Assembly (NCBI GenBank): GCA_002269645.1
Contig: NIVC01000886.1
Coordinates: 248,001-312,000, forward strand
Direction: 5' to 3'
Source of the DNA: Macrostomum lignano
Lineage: Eukaryota
DNA: 64,000 nt
Below the pieces are notes generated by a model that worked only from the letters and a program-made list of their open reading frames with translations, did no database searches and was not told where the DNA came from. Position 1 is the first letter of the stretch. The number at the start of each line of letters is the position of its first letter. The position numbers were made by a program, and so were the translations under genes. Below, in pieces: positions 11,657-23,371 of this stretch.

Positions 11657-12256
11657 AATCTTTTTTAATAAGTTTTTTTGCTAATGTAAATCAACACAGA
11701 GCGAGAGCGCAATGTAAATAGACTCTTTTGAAAAGAACCTAAACTACTGATATAATTCTAATATGTTCAATAAAGTTGGGAATTAAGGTGATGCTGATGA
11801 TAGTGATAGCAACGAAACTAAAGTCAATACTAAGACAAGAGTTGTCAAGTCAAGTAATATAAGACTGAAATTATGCAGCATGCAGTTCAAGATTTTTAAT
11901 TTTCCGTTTAATTTATTATTCTTTTTTTAAAATTGAGTTTATAATAACTTACTTCGTCTCTACTAAAAATATCGCTTGATTACATTAACTTCGATACATA
12001 TCGGGTCGAATATTACAATGTCTGATTTCGGATTCAAGCCATCAAGGAATACATAATTAGTAATTGAGATGAAATAATAAAATCACTAGTAGAACTCAAA
12101 CTAACGAAAAGTTTTTTCGATGGTAAAGCTAATTTAGAGCATAAAAAAGTTAAAGTACCGCCAATACATTGGAAAATTTTCTAAATTCTACAAATTTAAG
12201 CATAAAATGTTGCTTACTCTACTTACAGTAACTAAAAAACTTTCCTCTAATTTTAG

Positions 12257-12864
12257 GTTGATAGCGTGGGCATCAGAATGTCGCATTTTCTCGCTTGGTT
12301 ACGCCTGGAGCCGCAGTCTCTCGTCTGGCTCCCCGTGCTGCACCGGCTCACGTGCTCAGAGCATTCTGTTCACCCCATCCGCTGCTCTAGCTGCAAGTGC
12401 CTACCAATGCGAGGCCTTCGTTACAAATGCCTGAAATGCTTCAATCTGAACCTCTGCCAGGAGTGCTTCTTCGCCGGCAGAACCGCCAGGCACCACAAGG
12501 CCAGCCACCCCATGCAGGAGTACGTCAGAGCTCCCGGTAGCGGTGACAGCCTTCGCAGTCTCAGTCGAACTTTGCGCAACAAGTTTCGGTTTGGCGGCGG
12601 CGGCAGCAGCGCATCCGCTGGCAGCAGCGGCGCATCGTCGGGCCCGGGTTCGAGTCCCGCCAAGCTGGGCTACTTACCCGTGCAGACAGTCCGAGAGGGT
12701 CAGGCCATTGAAGCTACGAGTGGCACAGCGGCGCAGACAGCTGGGCGAGATGTGCACAGCCGGGTGGAGGCCTATGCCACTCGTCTGGCGGAGGTCGAGC
12801 AGCAGCAGCAGCAGCAGCAGCAGCGCCGCCCGCCACCGCCACCATCGTCTGCGAGTAACGACGC
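12257..12864 (+). CDS. DMD: Dystrophin exon: LEPQSLVWLPVLHRL motif and ZZ zinc finger
   Basis: TTTTAG acceptor (phase 0) matches the previous donor; CSSC...CLKCFNLNLCQECFF...H..SHPMQEY; GTAAGC donor at 12865 (phase 2). Confidence 0.93.
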
Positions 12865-12904
12865 GTAAGCCGACATGTATCGAAAAATAAGTTTGTATAG
12901 ATGA

Positions 12905-13420
12905 GGGGGGAGATCGAGATGTAGGGAGAGATGGAGAGTAGAGATGGAGGTTAGAGCTGGAGGGTAGGCGAGGGGAGAGATGCAAGGGAGAGATAAATGG
13001 GAGAGATGGAGGGGAGAGATGTAGGGTAGAGCTAGATTAGGGAAGAGATGTAGGGGAGAGATGTAGGGGAGAGATGTAGGGGAGAGATGCAGGGGATAGC
13101 GATGCAGGGGAGAGATGAAAGGTGATAGATGCAGGGGAGAGATGCAGGGGAAATATGGAGGAGAGATGTAAGGGAGAGATACAGGGAGAGATGTAGGGGA
13201 GAGATGTAGGGGAGAGATGCAGGGGAGAGATGTAGGGGAGAGATGCAGGGGAGAGATGCAGGGGAGAGATGCAGGGGAGAGATGCAGGGGAGAGATGCAG
13301 GGGAGAGATGCAGGGGAGAGATGGAGGAGAGATGTAGGGGAGAGATGCAGGGGAGAGATGCAGGGGAGAGATGGAGGAGAGATGTAGGGGAGAGATGTAG
13401 GGGAGAGATGCAGGGGAGAA
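12905..13420. repeat. Purine-rich ~13-bp minisatellite (GCAGGGGAGAGAT)
   Basis: Tandem degenerate copies in a dystrophin intron. Confidence 0.9.
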
Positions 13421-14082
13421 ATTCAGAGGTCCAGAAAATTTCTAGCTATCAGTTTAAGTACTGTAATTTGATTGATGAAGAACTTACTCGGTTTTTAACT
13501 AACTACATGAAGTTTTAAGTTTCTGTCGATATGTATCGAAAAAGAAGATTATAAAGCGGAAAAATCTATATGAGAAAAGTGAAATTTTAGTCAGATTTCC
13601 CCTGCTATTCGATTAAATAATTTAGTCGTATAATAGTGTCAAAAAAATTAATTTCAGCTCCTACTAGCAAATGCAATTTAATTCTTGCCGATATGTATCG
13701 AAAAGTCACTTTTTAAACTGGCTTTTTGAATATACTGTGCGCAGAAACTAATGCTTTCTGACGTTCCCTCATTTTCTGATACGAACCAATCAGAAAGTTG
13801 GGCAAGAAAAACTTGCACAATGTACTCCTCATTTGACTATAAAATAACTAATAGCGTTTTTATTGCACAGAAGACTATAGAATCAAAAATGGAGTCAGCT
13901 AAAGTTTATAACTGCTCATCATGCATCTGCAATTACTATTTAGCTAACTATTGTACTTGCAAAATTGATTGTACTTGTTTTAACACTTACCCTACAGTAA
14001 GCTCACAGCAAGGAAGACAACAACAACAATGTACTTGCTGTTGCTGCAGATGCAACTGCTCATATTGCACCTGTAATTTCAG

Positions 14083-14242
14083 TGACGACGAGCACGCTTT
14101 GATTGCCGCCTACGCTGGCACCCTGCGGCAGAGGCGCAGCAGCGCCGGTGGTTGCAGCGGTTACGCCACTGCTGCGGCTGCGGCGACTGCAGCGGCGCGA
14201 CAACAAATGCAACTGCTGGAGGATGAGAACAGGAGGCTGCAG
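14083..14242 (+). CDS. DMD: Dystrophin exon: DDEHALIAAY and first coiled coil (LEDENRRLQ)
   Basis: TTTCAG acceptor (phase 2), GTGAGA donor at 14243 (phase 0); matches vertebrate DDEHLLIQHY...LEEENRNLQ. Confidence 0.88.
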
Positions 14243-14289
14243 GTGAGACAGATGGGGCTTCATTCTGTGAGATGGGAGGGTATTGTATG

Positions 14290-15200
14290 AGAGAGATGCA
14301 GGGGAGAGATTGAAAAAGAGAATGAAGAGAGAAAAGAAGGAATGGAATAGAGAGGAGAGATGCAGTGGAGAGATGGAGGGGAGAGGTGGAGGGGAGAGGT
14401 GGAGGGGAGAGGTGGAGGGGAGAGATGGAGGGGAGAGATGGAGGGGAGAGGTGGAGGGGAGAGATGGAGGGGAGAGGTGGAGGGGAGAGATGGAGGGAAG
14501 AGATGGAGGGGAGAGATGGAGGGAAGAGATGGAGGGGAGAGGTGGAGGGGAGAGATGGAGGGGAGAGATGGAGGGGAGAGGTGGAGGGAAGAGATGGAGG
14601 GGAGAGATCGAGGGGAGAGATGGAGGGGAGAGGTGGAGGGGAGAGATGGAGGGGAGAGGTGGAGGGGAGAGTTGGAGGGAAAAGATGGAGGGGAGAGATG
14701 GAGGGGAGAGATGGAAGGGAGAGATGGAAAGGAGAGACCGAGGGGAGAGATGGAGGGGAGAGATGGAGGGGAGAGATGGAAGGGAGAGATGGAAGGGAGA
14801 GACCGAGGGGAGAGATGGAGGGGAGAGATGGAGGGGAGAGATGGAAGGGAGAGATGGAAGGGAGAGACCGAGGGGAGAGATGGAGGGGAGAGATGGAGGG
14901 GAGAGATGGAGGGGAGAGATGGAAGGGAGAGATGGAAGGGAGAGACCGAGGGGAGAGATGGAGGGGAGAGATGGAGGGGAGAGATGGAAGGGAGAGATGG
15001 AAGGGAGAGACCGAGGGGAGAGATGGAGGGGAGAGATGGAGGGGAGAGATGGAAGGGAGAGATGCAGGGGAGAGATGGAAGGGAGAGATGGAGGGGAGAG
15101 ATGCAGGGGAGAGATGGAATGGAGAGATGGAGTGGAGAGATGGAGTGGAGAGATGGAGTGGAGAGATGGAAGGGAGAGATGGAAGGGAGAGATGCAGGGG
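14290..15200. repeat. Purine-rich ~13-bp minisatellite (GGAGGGGAGAGAT)
   Basis: About 70 copies; source of spurious long ORFs. Confidence 0.95.
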
Positions 15201-15624
15201 GAGTTCAATTTTTGTGTGCAATGCGCTATGAAAGCCTTGTTTTGAGCAGAAAAGCAGACAGTAAAAGCAATACATTTGGAGTAAAGCTTTATTGATGGAA
15301 ATCTATTGATAACTTCCGACACTTCGCTAGGATTTTCAGTGGCTGGAAAGCAATCATTAGGCAGTGCACACTGTATTTGAGAAGCTGATAGCATATAGAT
15401 ATTATAAATTTGATAAGCCATCCTTGCTTCTCTGAGCTGTCATCTCCCAGATTGCAGAGATGGGGATTTGTAGGCAATTGCTAGGGATTATTTGTGAAGT
15501 AATTTCGATTAGCTTGGGGGACATTTGATGGATAGCTGTGCAGCTCTGCGTCTCACTCACTCATCAGCTGAAGATAAAAAAATGTGATTGTTTTTATTTA
15601 GTTTTTTTCCCGTATCCGCGCTTA

Positions 15625-16615
15625 ATCCACTAAATCTACATAATAATCTACCTAATCTCCATAATAACCTACCTAATCTACACAATAACTTACCTAATCT
15701 CCATAATTGTCTAACTAGTCTTCATATTTATCTACCTAATCTCCATAATAATCTACCTAATCTCCATAATGTTCTACCTAATCTCCATATTAATCTACCT
15801 AATCTCCATAATATTCTACCTAATCTCCATAATAATCTACCTAATCTCCATAATAATCTACCTAATCTCCATAATAATCTACCTAATCTTACATAATAAT
15901 CTACCTAATCTTACATAATATTCTACCTAATCTCCATAATAATCTACCTAATCTCCATAATAATCTACCTAATCTCCATAATAATCTACCTAATCTCCAT
16001 AATAATCTACCTAATCTCCATAATAATCTACCTAATCTTACATAATAATCTACCTAATCTCCATAATAATCTACCTAATCTTACATAATAATCTACCTAA
16101 TCTCCATAATAATCTACCTAATCTTACATAATAATCTACCTAATCTACATAATAATCTACCTAATCTACATAATAATCTACCTAATCTACATAATAATCT
16201 ACCTAATCTACATAATAATCTACCTAATCTACATAATAATCTACCTAATCTACATAATAATCTACCTAATCTACATAATAATCTACCTAATCTACATAAT
16301 AATCTACCTAATCTACATAATAATCTACCTAATCTACATAATAATCTACCTAATCTACATAATAATCTACCTAATCTACATAATAATCTACCTAATCTAC
16401 ATAATAATCTACCTAATCTACATAATAATCTACCTAATCTACATAATAATCTACCTAATCTACATAATAATCTACCTAATCTACATAATAATCTACCTAA
16501 TCTACATAATAATCTACCTAATCTACATAATAATCTACCTAATCTACATAATAATCTACCTAATCTACATAATAATCTACCTAATCTACATAATTATCTA
16601 CCTAAATCTTCATGA
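15625..16615. repeat. 21-bp minisatellite (CTACCTAATCTACATAATAAT)
   Basis: About 47 near-perfect copies. Confidence 0.95.
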
Positions 16616-16761
16616 TAACCTATCTAATCTCCGTAATAATCTCGTGTTCCTCGCTCTCATGTCCTACTCTAATATTTTCTTAATTTTGAATCTCCTTCTC
16701 TGCCCCAGTCGCTAAGCGCACATCAAAAACCAACTCACCTGCTTCGCGCACACACATGCAG

Positions 16762-17592
16762 GCTGAGTACGAGCAGCTCAAGAACTCAACTACAAGCTCT
16801 TCTGCTTGCATCGTCTCGCGAGCGCCACCGCCTCCTCCGCCCCAGCTGCCGCCGGTTTCCCCAGCTCCGTTGGCGTCGGCAGGGGACGGCGGAGCGGCGG
16901 AAGCTCGGATGCTGCGGGCGCACAAGGGCCGCCTGGAAGCACGGATGTCGCTGCTGGAGGAGCACAACCGGCAGCTGGAGGGCCAGCTGGCTCGACTGCG
17001 TCGCATGCTGTCGGCAAGTCCGGGACAGTCGCAGCAGCAGCAGCAGCCGCAGCACCGACCGCCGTCCATCCCGATGCTGTCGCCGCCACCGGCTGCTCCA
17101 CGGATGCCCTACCAGCAGCACCAAAGTCAGCACCATCGAGCTGGGAGCTTCGGGTGCGTCTCCGACTCTGCCGAGGTGCTGCACCAGCACCACCATCAGC
17201 AGCAGCAGATGCAGCAGCAGCATCAGCAGCCGCTGTCAACTACCCGAAGTGGCGCGGTTCACCTGCGTCACCACTCCGGCCACTGCATCGGCGGCAGCGT
17301 TGGCAGCGTCGGCGGCAGCTTCCACATGATGTCGTCCTCGGGCAGTCTGGGACGCCACTCGGTGGACTCGTGCCCGACATCCGTGTGTGGCATCGGTGGA
17401 AGCATCGGTGGTGGCAGCCGGTCTTCAATCGGATCCCTGTTTGCCATGGCGGGTCAGGTCAGCAATGCTATGGGCCAACTGGTGGACGTCATGAACTCGG
17501 AGGAAGCTGCGGCTAATGATGCAGCTGCGAGTTCTGCTGCCGTGGCGACATCTGCTGGGGAAACTGCGGATGGCAAAGCGACTGTCCAGTGA
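16762..17592 (+). CDS. DMD: Dystrophin last coding exon: second coiled coil and C-terminal helix
   Basis: AEYEQLK continues LEDENRRLQ; [30 protein letters not shown]; [21 protein letters not shown]; TGA at 17590-17592. Confidence 0.92.
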   Translation, partial: AEYEQLKNSTTSSSACIVSRAPPPPPPQLPPVSPAPLASAGDGGAAEARMLRAHKGRLEARMSLLEEHNRQLEGQLARLRRMLSASPGQSQQQQQPQHRPPSIPMLSPPPAAPRMPYQQHQSQHHRAGSFGCVSDSAEVLHQHHHQQQQMQQQHQQPLSTTRSGAVHLRHHSGHCIGGSVGSVGGSFHMMSSSGSLGRHSVDSCPTSVCGIGGSIGGGSRSSIGSLFAMAGQVSNAMGQLVDVMNSEEAAANDAAASSAAVATSAGETADGKATVQ

Positions 17593-18444
17593 CGTCACTT
17601 CGATGTAGCTGCTTAATGTGTTTACAAGATTCAGGTTCTCCTAGAGGACTTTGCCTCTCTCAGCTTGTGAGCTCTTACAACGAAGTCCAAATACTTCATC
17701 TGTGATTAGAAGTTACATAAACGCACTAGAAAAAATACTTAATGTTTGCTGGAGTGCTGTGTGCACATTCCGGTTGGCCATCATAAGTTTGAATGGCACA
17801 CAAGCCCCAAAACAAACCAGAGTCGTTTGGCGTTTTGGCACGTGCTTGAGCGTACATGCAGGCTGTCCGCATATTTCCAAATATATTGTCGATTTAGTGC
17901 ATTTTCCCGTGAAAACCGACCTCAATTTACAATTAGTATAGCGTCCTTGTAGTTTAGCTATCTATGATAATTATCCATGGATCGTAAACATAAATATTGC
18001 AATGCACTATTTATCCTACTGAGTGATAGTAGAACAGCTAAAGATGGTTTTGACAATCCTCACCAATAATTTTATCATTCTTCAACAAATAAGAAATGCG
18101 GAAACTCTGACATTTTAAACAAAGCAGTATTTTTTCATCTGTACTTTTCTGTTTGGATCTGCTCCGCGCTTTTTAGTCCTGCGCTTTGCTATAGGCTGAC
18201 AGTTTATTATGGAAGAGCAAGAGTGCAGTATGATACAAATAATATGATTTGATTTATGCATTATCCATATAATTGGAGTTAAAGATTATAAAAGTTACAA
18301 GTTAAAAAGATTTGGGTTGCGTGTTTTAATATTTTTCCATAGTATTGGAATACTAAATACTAAAAGGATTTACGGGCTTAAAAATAAAAAGAAGATGCTG
18401 TTCTGTCGCTATGGCTGCGATCTGAAAGTGGCCGGAATTCCAGA

Positions 18445-18545
18445 GACTTTTCCATGGATTTTCAATGATTTTTTCATGGATTTTCCATGAATTTACCATG
18501 GATTTTCCACGGATTTTCCACGGAGTTTTCATGGATCTTCCATAA
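18445..18545. repeat. Degenerate 11-12 bp repeat (TTTTCCATGGA)
   Basis: About 8 tandem copies. Confidence 0.7.
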
Positions 18546-18914
18546 ACTTTCTTCATAGTATATTCTATCATATAGAATCAAGATGCTTCCGAAGTGCTAA
18601 AAACCGACGAGAGACGAGAGTCAAATCTCCATCAAGTGAATTTTATGAGGCAAATCTGCAAAGCAGGGCTGGAATTTCAAGGACATTCAACCCGCCCTTG
18701 CAGGGCATCAGAGCTGGCACTGAGAGCGAGTGGCAGGTCGCATCATTCTATATTTAGAAACCGAAGCAGTGCATTTGGTTTATGGCACAGAGCAGGCATC
18801 AAATATGGACGGCAATATTGAAATGGCTGCAGTTTTGAGTTCATCAGCAGCGTGCAGAGCTCTTGGATCGGACAGAAAAATAAATGGCGACTGGGGCCGC
18901 GACCTGCCTGTCCG

Positions 18915-19883
18915 GTCAGTGAATGTTCATGATGGAGCTGTCAGGCTGTCAGTCACTGAATGTTCATGAGGGAGCTGTCAGGCTGTCAGTCAGTGAATGT
19001 TCATGAGGGAGCTGTCAGGCTGTCAGTCACTGAATGTTCAGGAGGGAGCTGTCAGGCTGTCAGTCACTGAATGTTCATGAGGGAGCTGTCAGGCTGTCAG
19101 TCACTGAATGTTCAGGAGGGAGCTGTCAGGCTGTCAGTCACTGAATGTTCAGGAGGGAGCTGTCAGGCTGTCAGTCACTGAATGTTCATGAGGGAGCTGT
19201 CAGGCTGTCAGTCACTGAATGTTCATGAGAGAGCTGTAAGGCTGTCAGTCAGTGAATGTTCATGAGGGAGCTGTCAGGCTGTCAGTCAGTGAATGTTCAT
19301 GAGGGAGCTGTCAGGCTGTCAGTCAGTGAATGTTCATGAGGGAGCTGTCAGGCTGTCAGTCAGTGAATGTTCATGAGGGAGCTGTCAGGCTGTCAGTCAC
19401 TGAATGTTCATGAGGGAGCTGTCAGGCTGTCAGTCAGTGAATGTTCATGAGGGAGCTGTCAGGCTGTCAGTCACTGAATGCTCATGAGGGAGCTGTCAGG
19501 CTGTCAGTCACTGAAAGCTCATGAGGGAGCTGTCAGGCTGTCAGTCACTGAATGTTCATGAGGGAGCTGTCAGGCTGTCAGTCACTGAATGTTCATGAGG
19601 GAGCTGTCAGGCTGTCAGTCACTGAATGCTCATGAGGGAGCTGTCAGGCTGTCAGTCACTGAATGCTCATGAGGGAGCTGTCAGGCTGTCAGTCACTGAA
19701 TGCTCATGAGGGAGCTGTCAGGCTGTCAGTCACTGAATGCTCATGAGGGAGCTGTCAGGCTGTCAGTCACTGAATGCTCATGAGGGAGCTGTCAGGCTGT
19801 CAGTCAGTGAATGTTCATGAGGGAGCTGTCAGGCTGTCAGTCAGTGAATGTTCATGAGGGAGCTGTCAGGCTGTCAGTCACTG
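18915..19883. repeat. 37-bp minisatellite (GAGGGAGCTGTCAGGCTGTCAGTCACTGAATGTTCAT)
   Basis: About 26 near-identical copies. Confidence 0.95.
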
Positions 19884-20368
19884 CAGGATCCATGATGAAA
19901 TCAATTTGCAGACTGCTTGAGCTGATTCTGAGAGGAGGTGCTTAAACAATCCAGGAGCATGTATACACAATATTTTAAGACATAAAAGTACATCCAAAAT
20001 ATTTATCAGAAATATGTGTAGTAAAATTTTTTAAACAGCTCGTTTGAAAGCCAGAAGAGCTTACAAAATTCGGAGTTAAACTCAAGCTGCTGCATCAAGT
20101 CTCACGAGCTTCTCCCTATTGAAATTTCTAGGTTCAGGCAGACAACTGCTACCGGTACATTTGGCTTGAATATTTCATTAAAAAGCATTGACAATTGGGT
20201 ATTGAAGTCCGCAGAACAAAATCGCAGAGAAAAACCCACATGAAAGCAGGCACGCAGTTTGAACGGAAACTTGGGTATTAAAAACTTTTTGTAGACATTA
20301 AGCAAAATCAATTTAAATACGACTTTTAAACCAAACTTTAAACTGTTAGTTGTTTCTTCTTCTGAAGT

Positions 20369-21813
20369 TCAGCCAATGCAACATGATCTTGCAGGTTTTT
20401 TCAGTCTTGCCAGCTTCTGCCTGACCCAGCCGATCTTCTCCTCGTCCTGCGTCTCCATGGCGACGCGTCTCTCTTTCTCGATCATCTCCATCTGCTGCAG
20501 GCTGAGCTCCACGTGCTCGCGGCAGTCGCTGTAGTGAGCCAGAGTGAGCAGCTCCTCCAAGTCCGGGTCTCCAAGCAGCTGTTCAATCCAATGATCGAAT
20601 GCGATTGCAGGTGCGCGATTGCGGAGCAGCTCAGCTTGGAGACTCCAGCTCAGGCAGCGGAAGTTCACGTACAGGTGGGAGGAGAGAGGCTGCGACAGTC
20701 TGGCTGTGAACAGAGTCTGCGTGAACTCGGGAAGGAATGGGAAGCGAGGCGGAGAGTCGCAGGGGAGGCAGAACCTCCACGCCCAGTCTGAATCTGTTTG
20801 CAATTTTATCATTCTACTCCAGTTTCTACTCTCGTCTCGAATATCCTGTGGCTTCAACCCTGAGTGAACCTGATGTCTCTGCAGCTCCATCGCGAGTCTC
20901 TCAGCCTCCTCAGATTCTCCGAACTTCAAATGCGCCATGGCGGTCATGCACAGGGTGGCGCACTTGCACCACTGCAGCTCATGCAGGAGACTGAGCTGCC
21001 TCATCAGGGTGTCTCTGTCACTCGATTCCGACTGCAGCTCGCTCACACACTGGTGCACCACACTGTACACGTCTGCAAACTTGTAGTAAATTTCTGGATT
21101 GTAACTTCCTTTCCTGATCTTCGTGACAACAGATGGCGCTGTCAGAGGCAGCAGAGTGAACGGGTGAAAGTAGAACTTCTCTGACTGCAGAGGTCTCACG
21201 AGTCGCATCGGCTGCTCGACCACTCCGCCGATGTCGCTTCTCAGCTCACAAAGTCGGTCTCGAACCTTCGCCTTCGTGTTGTCGAAGTCGCCGCCGATTC
21301 CAGCGTTCTTGAAGTAGAGCGGAGCGTCGGGCATGAAGAAGTGCGGCATGCACTCATCGGGAGAGCTGCTCGAGTCGATGAAACTCAGCATCAAGTCGAG
21401 AGACTCCTTGAGCAGAGCGATCAGATTGTGGGGCTGCCAAGCCTCAGTTTCAGGATCTGTGCCATGCTTCTCCAGCATTTTGAAGAGCAGAGTCTTTGCA
21501 TGGTAGGTCTTGAGTCCAGATGTGTCCAGAGTGAGCGGCAAGTGCCTCTTGAAGATGAACTTGATGAGTGTGAACAGCTGGCCCTGGACTGAGCTCAGCC
21601 GTCTCATGATGTGTTTCTCTTGGAAGCTGAAGCTCACTCTGAGCTCGTTGGTCGAGCTCGGTCTGGTCGCCCGCACGAGATGAACAGAACCACTTAATTG
21701 AAAAAGTTTTTCAGTTCTGTTCTCACATAAACTACTACAGCAGAGAATGGCATGGCACATATCCTGTGCAGGCCGCACACCGCACGCCGTGGCTGTCACT
21801 GCAGGTTGGCTGC
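20369..21813 (-). CDS. Mab-21/cGLR gene, last exon: third acidic residue, Mab-21 C-lobe and helical tail
   Basis: CTGCAG acceptor at 21814 (phase 1); AQDMCHAILC, VHLV, LRVSFSFQEK, LKTYHAKTLLF, W...NL, CMPHFFMPD match Mab-21 family motifs; open to the stop at 20369. Confidence 0.85.
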
Positions 21814-22101
21814 CTGCAGAGCGCAGTGAGCGGAGAGTCGCTTTGTGGCGTGTGAGAAAGATGGGTTGGTTTGAAACTGAATGCATGTGTTAGTTAAGTT
21901 CGGTCTGCATTGTGTCACTACTACTTTAATTACGAGTAATTAACATTAGAGAACCAGAAAAAAATCGTTGCGATGCTTGCAGGGGCGTTACTATCTAGTT
22001 GAGAAGGATAAAACAGTGCAGGTTTAGGAGTTTTTTGGTATTTTAAGATTATATTGGCATGCGAATCTTAGCATTCTGATGATGAACCCAGCCTCACTCA
22101 C

Positions 22102-22605
22102 CTGCTCCCACTGCCACCTGTGCGTGGCCCTCCCTGACCTGCAGCCGAGTGGCGTCTCCGCAGGAACCCTTTTCGTCGCAGCCACCTTCCAGATGGAACT
22201 CCTGCCCAGCAATCAGAACAGTCCAGTCAATGTCCGAGTCTGCAGCTGTCCTGCCGTTCACTTGCACCAGACTGTTGGCCCAGCCCTCTGCGTAGCTGCC
22301 CGTCATCCGCCTGTGTTCCTGTGTGAGGACTTGAGCGACGTCTTCCAGCCATTCAGCCAGTCTCTGCTGACACTCTGCTCTCTGCTCGGTAAATCCCGCA
22401 TCGCTGAGCAGTCGATGCAGCTCCTCGCTCAGGCGCCTGTCTTGCTGGAAGTCGTCTGAGAGCCTGGAATGATCCGAGATGCATGTTGGTGAGTTGGATG
22501 GTCGAAACAAGCAGGAGAGCTGAGAGTGCAGCTGCTGTAGCACTCAGTCCAACCCAATCTCAACCCGGCCGAGTTTCGCTGCAATTTCTGCCCCAAGCTG
22601 CCAGC
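22102..22605 (-). CDS. Mab-21/cGLR nucleotidyltransferase exon (TGSYAEG...DSDID); in-frame TGA at 22544-22546 if the upstream acceptor is used
   Basis: GS...D-h-D NTase signature; GTGAGT donor at 22101 (phase 1) matches the next exon; best acceptor is CTTCAAACAG at 22606. Confidence 0.8.
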
Positions 22606-22654
22606 CTGTTTGAAGGCGCAGTGCGGCAGTGAAAGCCAAATGTGAAAGACTCAC

Positions 22655-22708
22655 CGATGGAAGCCCGAATCCAAGCGGTGAGCGGCTGCCTGCCGGGCCT
22701 CTGGGCCT
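22655..22708 (-). CDS. 54-nt linker micro-exon, copy 2 (AQRPGRQPLTAWIRASI)
   Basis: TTTCAG/GTGAGT boundaries; paralog of 24672-24725 with mostly synonymous differences in this frame. Confidence 0.65.
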
Positions 22709-23371
22709 CTGAAATGCGGGAACGAAAGGGCAGTTGCTTGATTAATCTTCAAATAATCAGTTTTCAGTATCTTTTAAATACTTTATCGAAAAAAATATAA
22801 CCCTTTCAGCTTCAACAGTCAGCTATAAAAGTGTGTTGTGAGCCCCGTCCTCCAGAGCGACGCCTACAGCTGAACCCTGTTCGGGAAGCTGAGACCCCCA
22901 GATCCCCAGTTTGAGCTCCCGTCCCGCGCCCTAGGAAGAAGCAGGAAAAGGACAGAACAGAACTCACGAGCTTCCGCGTAAAAAGCGATGCAGTTCGCAC
23001 TTGCTGTGGTAAACAGGTAAATTTGTTTTGACGCAGCCAACGATAGGACCAAGAGAACGCAAGGCCGCGTCTGCCCACTAGACAGCAATTCATTATATTT
23101 ATTATCTGACCTACGAGTGCATGAATAATTTTAGAACAAATGTACGGTGCTGTAGGGGGGGGGGAAGGAGCGAGGTGGCGTGATCGGCGTTCGCATTGAT
23201 TATTGAGAAGAAAGGAGGGGTGGGGCGGACTGGAAGGGTTGGGGCGGGGCACGGGCGAAAAAGGGCACGATTGCACAACAAGTGATAATATTTTTTTAAA
23301 ATTAAGGGTCCGCCAGAAACCAGAAATTCTAAAAATGTTTCTAAAATTTGCGAAATTCTACCCTCACTCAC

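Noticed and set aside
14060-15421. 288-453 aa ORFs on both strands
   Set aside because: Translations of a 13-bp intronic minisatellite that lacks stop codons.
18915-19883. CRISPR-like appearance of 37-bp (and 52-bp) repeats
   Set aside because: Head-to-tail units with no unique spacers, no cas genes, and a eukaryotic context.
22810-23010. Possible extra micro-exons between the ANK and NTase modules (36-nt exon, 37-nt intron)
   Set aside because: Could absorb the phase-2 donor, but I found no convincing downstream donor to regain phase 1; left unresolved.
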